A stretch of 5,030 bases of DNA from Octopus sinensis. Its lineage: Eukaryota. Where the stretch lies: positions 1 to 5,030 of the forward strand of contig NW_021830184.1 in the NCBI RefSeq assembly GCF_006345805.1, in the 5' to 3' direction. Below are positions 1-5,030 of the stretch, in pieces (the first letter of the stretch is position 1; the number at the start of each line of letters is the position of its first letter). Made by a program: the position numbers and the translations under genes. The notes under the pieces are model-generated. The model was not told the origin of the DNA. It saw only the letters and a list, made by a program, of their open reading frames with translations, and did no database searches.

Positions 1-103
1 CATATTTGGACGGCTAGTTATCAGACTGTCAAAAAGATGAAGTAGATGGATGCTGATAAATACCCTACAATATTAATGGCCTTTGGAGTGCGTGTGCTTC
101 ATA

Positions 104-194
104 AGTAGTTGTAGTAACAGTAATAGTAGTAGTTCTAGTGGTAGTAGTGGTAGCAGTAGTAATAGCAATAGTAATAATGATAATATTAACACTA

Positions 195-250
<56 letters not shown>

Positions 251-301
251 GATGGCGATGATAATGGCGATGATGACGATGATGATGATGATGATGATGA
301 C

Positions 302-338
<37 letters not shown>

Positions 339-394
339 CCGATGATAATGGCGATGATGGGGATGATGATGATGATGATGATGGTGATGATAAT
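104..394. repeat. Compound trinucleotide microsatellite: degenerate (AGT)n, short (AAT)n, long (GAT)n
   Basis: Seen directly. Degenerate AGT/GGT/AGC repeats at ~104-176, AAT-like to ~195, a pure (GAT)15 at 197-241, then GAT with GGC/GAC/AAT/GCC interruptions to ~394. Confidence 0.97.
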
Positions 395-435
395 CATGTT
401 CCTCATCATTATTGTCATAATTATCTTGGTGAGTC

Positions 436-493
436 TATTCTTTTATTCTTTTATTCCTTTATACCTTTCAACCCCAAGGCTGTGGCCATGTTG
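436..493 (-). mobile_element. Isolated 3' tail of a SINE or RTE-like retroposon ending in (AAAAGAAT)n
   Basis: The minus strand reads CAACATGGCCACAGCCTTGGGGTTGAAAGGTATAAAGGAATAAAAGAATAAAAGAATA, with an 8-nt unit repeated about three times at 436-460. Short tandem-repeat tails are typical of RTE-clade elements and their SINEs. The resemblance to an abundant octopus SINE 3' end is from memory only. Confidence 0.55.
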
Positions 494-1535
494 GGCCATC
501 CTGGCCACATTCCTCCACTTTTCAACAGAAATACTGTGGGAGCCGTACCTCCCTCTCCACTCTCACTTTCCTTTTCAAGTGGAACTTGACAAAGTCGATG
601 CGGACTTGACCGAAGAGGAATGTATCCGTATTCAGTCCTTTCAATCTCGTCCACCACACCACCTCCATCGCCATAGCTACCAGACAGAGGAAAACTGCCC
701 ATCCTTCTCGGTTTAAAAACAAGGCGGCGGGGTAATCTTCACGATAAACTCGGCTAATAACCGGATCCGTCCTACATACGTCAACAGCTGTTCGACAAAG
801 CTCTATGAGTCAATAATACCCGGACATTGGACGAGTGCATGAACGACGGTTTCGTCGCCCTGCGCACATCTCGGGCAGGTCCGTCTGACAGCACTTCTGT
901 ATCTGTAGAGCGTATCTTTGCTAGATTAGAAACTTTTGGAAATTATCCATGGGATCCGGCCAAAATATCCCCCGGAAAAGACTAACTAATTGATCCCTGC
1001 GCATATCTCGAGCAGGTCCGTCTGACAGCACTTCTGTATGTGTAGAGCGGTATCATTGCTAGATTAGGGACTTTTGGAAATTATCCATGGGCTCCGGCCA
1101 AAAAGTCCCCCGGAAAAGACTAACTAATTGATCCCTCCCGTCGCCCAGAGTTTCCTCGAAAATGTTGTCGCTATCCCATATAGAACTCCATTGTGGAACT
1201 TCCACCGATCGCATTAACTGGCTGGTTGAAGGCCGTGAGCGCTTGTCGACACTCCAAGTGTCAAGCATCCCTTTTTGGTTTACACTTGATCCAGGACTCT
1301 AGCTCCATCAATGAGACGCGCTGCTAAAAATCCTGTCTGACAAACCGCTCACTGTTATGAAAACGCTGGAGAATTCGCAGCCTCAGTGCATGTTTGCGCA
1401 TCATTAGCCACGGCATGCCACGTCCTCCACTCAGTGGCTGTTGACGACAGATGTACCGGCGGACGAGTGGAACACATCTCTTCCACATAAATTGGAAAAG
1501 CTGCGCTCTAGCTTGACCAGCCACGAAACAGGGCA
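494..1535 (-). mobile_element. Decayed, 5'-truncated L1/Tx1-like non-LTR retrotransposon (ORF2 region downstream of RT, with CCHC zinc knuckle)
   Basis: Minus-strand translation across stops and frameshifts: CPVSWLVKLERS / LFQFMWKRCVPLVRRYICRQQPLSGGRGMPWLMMRKHALRLR (fits the L1/Tx1 'F.W...V....L......GGLG.P' block) ... MDNFQKSL ... TCPRCAQGDETVVHALVQC (C-x2-C-x7-H-x4-C knuckle) ... FLCLVAMAMEVVWWTRLKG ... FHLKRKVRVERE ... VEKWRNVARMA. Several in-frame stops and frameshifts make it non-functional. Confidence 0.85.
858..1132. repeat. Tandem direct duplication, 137 bp (858-994) plus 138 bp (995-1132)
   Basis: Manual alignment gives 9 substitutions and 1 indel (~93% identity). Both units start with CCCTGCGCA, and CCCT recurs at 1133-1136. 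Confidence 0.97.
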
Positions 1536-1559
1536 ATAACAACAACAACAACAACAACC

Positions 1560-1636
<77 letters not shown>

Positions 1637-1650
1637 TAATAATGATAATA
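1536..1650. repeat. Compound microsatellite (AAC)n then (AAT)n
   Basis: Seen directly. AAC to ~1593, then AAT with two GAT variants. Confidence 0.98.
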
Positions 1651-2029
1651 ACAAGAGCACTCAGAGAGCGCAAACCTCCGCCAAAGCAAAACCAACGTCC
1701 TCTTAACGATTAGCCAGAGATGAGTTTTGAAATGAGAATATCTGAAATAAAATCGACTGTTCTCACAATTGAGAATGCTAAATATGAACCCGATCGCTCT
1801 CAAAAGTTAAGTAAAAAAAAAACAGGAAAAATAATAATCCAGAATCCTTGTTCGGTACCGGATCGATCCCAAAATCTAATCAGTTCATGCCAGTCACGAA
1901 GCCAAACAACCCCGAAAGTTTCATCCAAATCCATCCAGCGGTTCTCGATGTATCTTGTCCAAGGACAAACAAACAAACGAACTAACACGAATGAAAACAA
2001 TACCTCCGCCTTTGCTAAGGTGGAGGTAA
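1651..2029 (-). mobile_element. Non-autonomous Helentron-type element (HINE / DINE-1-like architecture)
   Basis: 5' end on the minus strand: 12-bp hairpin TACCTCCGCCTT (2001-2012) / AAGGTGGAGGTA (2017-2028) with one mismatch, followed by a short (GTTT)n tract (~1965-1985). Near the 3' end: subterminal inverted copy ACCTCCGCC (1674-1682), then a small terminal stem-loop GCACTC-AGA-GAGCGC (1657-1671). Both ends abut TT in (ATT)n. This order of parts is the established HINE/DINE-1 layout. Confidence 0.8.
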
Positions 2030-2053
2030 TAATAATAATAATAATAATAATAA

Positions 2054-2116
<63 letters not shown>

Positions 2117-2256
2117 GATGATGATGATAATAATAATAATAATCATAGTAATAGTAATAATAATAGTAATTGTAATAATAATATAATAATAATAATAATA
2201 ATAATATAATAATAATAATAATAATGATAATAATGATAATAACTATAATAATAATA
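2028..2256. repeat. (AAT)n microsatellite with GAT/AGT variants
   Basis: Seen directly. Confidence 0.98.
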
Positions 2257-2355
2257 CCACATACACCCTACGTACAGCACTTTCAATACAAGCAGACCAG
2301 TACGGTTTTAACATCATTCACTGGAATCCTATGGAGCTTCAACGCCTGGACAGAA

Positions 2356-2774
2356 AGACAAGAAAGTTATTCTTTTCTACACTAGGTACAAGGCCCGAAA
2401 GTTTTGGGGAGGGGGCCAGTCGATTAGATCGATTGCAGTACGCAACTGGTACTTAATTTATCGAACCCCGAAAGGATGAAAGGCAAAGTCGGCCTCGGAG
2501 AAATTTTTAATTCTGAACGTAAAGGCCGACGAAATACCTATTTCTTTATAGCCCACAAGGGCCTAAACATAGAGGAAACAAACAAGGACAGACAAACGGA
2601 TTAAGTCGATTACATCGACCCCAGTGCGTAACTGGTACTTAATTTTTCGACCCCGAAAGGATGAAGGGCAAAATCGACATCGGCGGAATTTGAACTCAGA
2701 ACGTAACGGCAGACGAAATACCGCTAAGAATTTTGCCAGGCGTGCTAACGTTTCTGCCAGACAAGAAAATTATT
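2356..2774 (+). repeat. 16-bp target-site duplication flanking the SINE (2356-2371 and 2759-2774)
   Basis: AGACAAGAAAGTTATT versus AGACAAGAAAATTATT, one mismatch. Confidence 0.95.
2372..2758 (-). mobile_element. Dimeric tRNA-derived SINE, slightly 5'-truncated
   Basis: On the minus strand, A-box-like TGGCAGAAACGT (2759-2748) and B-box GTTCAAATTCC (2695-2685). A ~120-bp internal segment is present twice (2418-2538 and 2604-2722). The 3' end is GCCTTGTACCTAGTGTAGAAAAG. Flanked by a 16-bp direct repeat. Confidence 0.9.
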
Positions 2775-3580
2775 GACATCTAACAGCATGCACCACCCAA
2801 AAGAAGGCGTTGACCGTCTGTGCTTACCTGGAAGTAGTGGGGAAAGAGGAATGATGCAATTAGAACTGTGCTATATGACTTCCACAATAACAATGAACAG
2901 GTACTTATCTAGTACAGAGGACAGGATGCTGCGACTTGCGTGCAAACATGAAAGCAGTAAAAAGTCTCAAGCTTATAAATATGCAAGAAAACTTGGCATT
3001 AACCCTGAATTAGATTAAGAACCTGAAACCACTGCCACCAAGCAAGCAAACGATTTTCCAGTCAAAACTGACAGAACGGCTAGACATAATTATTAAAAAC
3101 ACGGAAGAAAATACTTGTAATCTATAATGGATGTAAGTGTTCCCACTGATAAAAAATATATCTGTAAAGGAATTCGACCTACTTAGTTAACATAATGACC
3201 TGGAAATTGAAATATAAAAGATGTGGCATCTTAAAGTAAAAATTGTTCCTGTTATTGTAGGTGCTCTATGTATGATAAAAAAATTGATGTCAGAAACATA
3301 TAGACAACATCCCAGGAGAATCATGTCTCAGAGAAATCCAGAAATTTGTTTAAAAGTACAGCCCACACCTTTCGAAAAACCCCTATCAATTTAAATGTCT
3401 GTGTTGTATTACACAGAGATATTTCACTACTGTCCCTGCCACTTCCTCTCCCCAGGCTTGCAGCCATACCATAACAAACTTTCAGGGTAGGAGACACCGT
3501 AATATCTCTTACCCTTCACTTGCCGTAGGGCCCTGGCTGAGTCTCGGCAAGTGATTGCAACAAACGTGCAGATTAAAAAT

Positions 3581-3630
3581 AAACAACAACAACAACAACA
3601 AAACAACAACAATAATAATAATAATAATAA
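3581..3630. repeat. (AAC)n then (AAT)n microsatellite between the two R4/Dong remnants
   Basis: Seen directly. Confidence 0.97.
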
Positions 3631-3937
3631 AATACAGACCTTTAGAGCTTAAAATAGGAAGAATTTGGAGCATGCGAGCAGTAAAGGCCATGCCTTTAAT
3701 AATTGGCGCGTTGGGAACAGTAAGCCAAGATATAGACAAATGGCTGAACGAGATTGAAACAGAATGCCTGGTAGAGCTCCAACAGAAAATTTGCCTCTTA
3801 GGGATTGCAAGGATTGTCAGGAGGGTTCTAAGCCCTTGAAAGACTGTTGAAAACTTGTGGATACCTACAGTTACAGGTAGTAAACCGCTACCCACATAAT
3901 TCCTACCAGGAATAAGACCGAACCTGAGCTAAACCAA
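3630..3937 (+). mobile_element. R4/Dong-clade retrotransposon, copy 2 (different family): extreme 3' end only
   Basis: Uninterrupted frame KYRPLELKIGRIWSMRAVKAMPLIIGALGTVSQDIDKWLNEIETECLVELQQKICLLGIARIVRRVLSP* (3630-3839), matching the R4/Dong 'KY..L...I...W......P.IIGALG.V ... QK..LLG.ARI.R.VL' C-terminus. A ~100-nt 3' UTR runs directly into (AAT)n. Confidence 0.88.
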
Positions 3938-3973
<36 letters not shown>

Positions 3974-3975
3974 TA

Positions 3976-4015
<40 letters not shown>
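3938..4015. repeat. (AAT)n microsatellite
   Basis: Seen directly. Confidence 0.98.
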
Positions 4016-4568
4016 GCCCTGATGCAGTACCAGGCAGAGGCTCTCATGGCTTCTGATCTTAACTGATTGGAGTGTTATCATGTACATTGTTTTGTCTGGT
4101 ATAAAAGATGGGCTATACAGCAAATATTCTGCTCAATACCACGATTTGCTTGTCAGTTGTTTGACATTAACCAGCTGAGCATGTCCTTAGTGGCTGACAA
4201 TATGTGCATCTCTGATCACGAGCAGAAGTAGTGGGGGAGCATCATAGCCATGTGTTGAGAGGGATTCTTTGGGGTTTGAATAGTTCACCTCTGGAAACAT
4301 GGGTGGTTCTTTCAACATCCTTAAACAACCCTTGTTCAGGGACCGTTTGAGCGGGATGGGCTACTCAACCTGAAGAAAATTCTAACTGGGCCCCACCTGC
4401 AAGGTCATGTGCTGTTTATCTTGATATGAGATCACCATGTCGCGCACATATGGTTGTGATGCATGTGCCTGGTGTACCTTTATCAGACGGGTAGTCATGA
4501 TGGGTATATTGGGCTTCGTATATTTATACCCCAGTGTCACTTTGATGGCATGAACTGCTCTCTCACTC
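4016..4568. mobile_element. Unclassified ~553-bp non-coding interspersed element bounded by (AAT)n on both sides
   Basis: Complex-sequence island with higher GC than its flanks and sharp transitions to AAT at both ends (AAATGCCCTGATGC ... CTCTCTCACTC-AATAAT). No recognisable protein motif, terminal inverted repeats or pol III boxes. Mobile status is inferred from context and from a recollection that similar sequence is repetitive in octopus. Confidence 0.55.
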
Positions 4569-4600
4569 AATAATAATAATAATAATAATAATAAATAATA

Positions 4601-4633
<33 letters not shown>

Positions 4634-4811
4634 TGATAATAATAATAATAATACAAAACAATAATAAAAAATAATGATAATGATAATAATATATATAATA
4701 ATAAAAAATTAATAATAATAATAATATATATAAATAATAATAATAATAATAATAATAAAATAATAAAATAATAATAATATAATAATAATAATAATTTAAA
4801 AAAAATAATAA
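4569..4811. repeat. Degenerate (AAT)n microsatellite with many indels
   Basis: Seen directly. AAAT, AAAAT and ATAT interruptions are frequent. Confidence 0.97.
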
Positions 4812-4989
4812 TTTTTGGCACAAGGCCAGCAATTTCTGGGAAACGTAATTCGATTCGATTACGTCTACCTTAAAGGAGGAAAGGCAAAGTCGACTTTGGT
4901 GGTGTTTGAACTCAGAACTGAATGATGAGCGAAATGCCGTTAAGCGTTTTGTCTTTTGTGCTAACGATTCTTGCCAAGCTCACCGCCTT
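4812..4989 (-). mobile_element. Monomeric tRNA-derived SINE related to 2372-2758; older and internally deleted
   Basis: The minus strand reads AAGGCGGTGAGCTTGGCAAGAATCGTTAGCAC ... GAGTTCAAACACC (B-box-like) ... AAAGTCGACTTTGCCTTTCCTCCTTT ... GGCCTTGTGCCAAAAA. It shares GCTAACG, GAACTCAGAAC, GAAAGGCAAAGTCG and CAAGGCC with the first SINE but lacks its CGACCCC...ACTGGTAC segment. Confidence 0.85.
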
Positions 4990-4990
4990 A

Positions 4991-5030
<40 letters not shown>
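4990..5030. repeat. (CTA)n microsatellite, running off the window
   Basis: Seen directly. Confidence 0.98.

Larger units (their letters stand above)
2298..3580 (+). mobile_element. Decayed R4/Dong-clade (REL endonuclease) non-LTR retrotransposon, copy 1; 5'-truncated, SINE-interrupted, internally deleted
   Basis: QYGFNIIHWNPMELQRLDRKTRKL (2298-2369) continues after the SINE as LTSNSMHHPKEGVDRLCLPGSSGERGMMQLE (2773-3018), matching the R4-type 'HP...DRL..P...GGRG' region after RT. Then DFPVKTDRT, LDIIIK, MDVSVPTD, S*HNDLEIEI*KMWHLKVKIVPVIVGALCMI, EIQK, STAHTFRK, LSI* (stop 3392-3394), a PD..D-type REL C-terminus with frameshifts. The 3' UTR runs into (AAC)/(AAT)n. Confidence 0.88.

Noticed and set aside
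1-103. Non-repetitive sequence at the window start
   Set aside because: Too short, with early stops in the plus frames and no recognisable motif.
427-434. GTGAGT splice-donor-like site just after the poly-Asp stretch
   Set aside because: A single hexamer is expected by chance. There is no supported acceptor or coding signal upstream; RNA-seq would be needed.
83-589. 168-aa poly-Ser/poly-Asp ORF, plus overlapping poly-Met (138-716) and poly-Ile (65-418) ORFs
   Set aside because: These are translations of (AGT)/(GAT)n, which is stop-free in several frames. The non-repeat part is antisense retroelement sequence.
858-1132. Direct repeats as a possible CRISPR array or LTR pair
   Set aside because: Two adjacent ~137-bp units with no spacer, inside LINE coding sequence in eukaryotic DNA.
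1720-2058. 112-aa plus-strand ORF (and the 66-aa minus ORF at 1800-2000)
   Set aside because: Both lie wholly within the non-autonomous HINE, with no recognisable domain. The longer one ends in microsatellite-derived poly-Ile.
2257-2297. 41 nt between the array and the first clear R4/Dong motif, in the same open frame
   Set aside because: TTYTLRTALSIQAD does not match the expected family motif. I cannot tell diverged element from filler or unrelated sequence without a consensus.
2685-2759. Possible tRNA gene
   Set aside because: The A/B boxes belong to a SINE head. No complete cloverleaf or acceptor stem, and the 5' end is truncated at the TSD.
4018-4036. Similarity to U2 snRNA stem-loop IV (minus strand CCTGGTACTGCA versus U2 CCTGGTATTGCA)
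   Set aside because: Only ~12 nt, with no Sm site or other U2 sequence nearby. Likely coincidental.
4370-4376. CTGAAGA, matching the hammerhead ribozyme CUGANGA core
   Set aside because: No stem II followed by GAAA downstream and no closing helices were found. I also could not build an HDV-like or twister fold by eye; an Infernal search would be decisive.
4382-4570. 62-aa minus-strand ORF MSERAVHAIK... (and 3929-4123)
   Set aside because: Short, no motif, starting or ending in microsatellite. Consistent with chance ORFs in a repeat.

Overview
Gene-free, repeat-saturated eukaryotic DNA. The SINE sequences resemble, from memory, octopus/coleoid cephalopod repeats; this is unverified. No intact protein-coding gene is supported, and most listed ORFs are translated microsatellites. 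From left to right: a compound (AGT)/(AAT)/(GAT)n microsatellite; a short retroposon 3' tail joined to a decayed L1/Tx1-like LINE remnant (minus strand) with a 137/138-bp internal tandem duplication; then a ~3.3-kb block of same-orientation (AAT)n arrays. That block is interrupted by a Helentron-type non-autonomous element (HINE/DINE-1-like), two different R4/Dong-clade REL retrotransposon remnants (the first split by a dimeric tRNA-derived SINE with a 16-bp target-site duplication) and a ~553-bp non-coding element of unknown class. The window ends with a second SINE and (CTA)n. The best leads are the (AAT)n array acting as a shared landing pad and the unclassified 553-bp element, a candidate non-autonomous passenger of the microsatellite-targeting R4/Dong machinery. 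All family assignments come from motif reading by eye; no searches were run.
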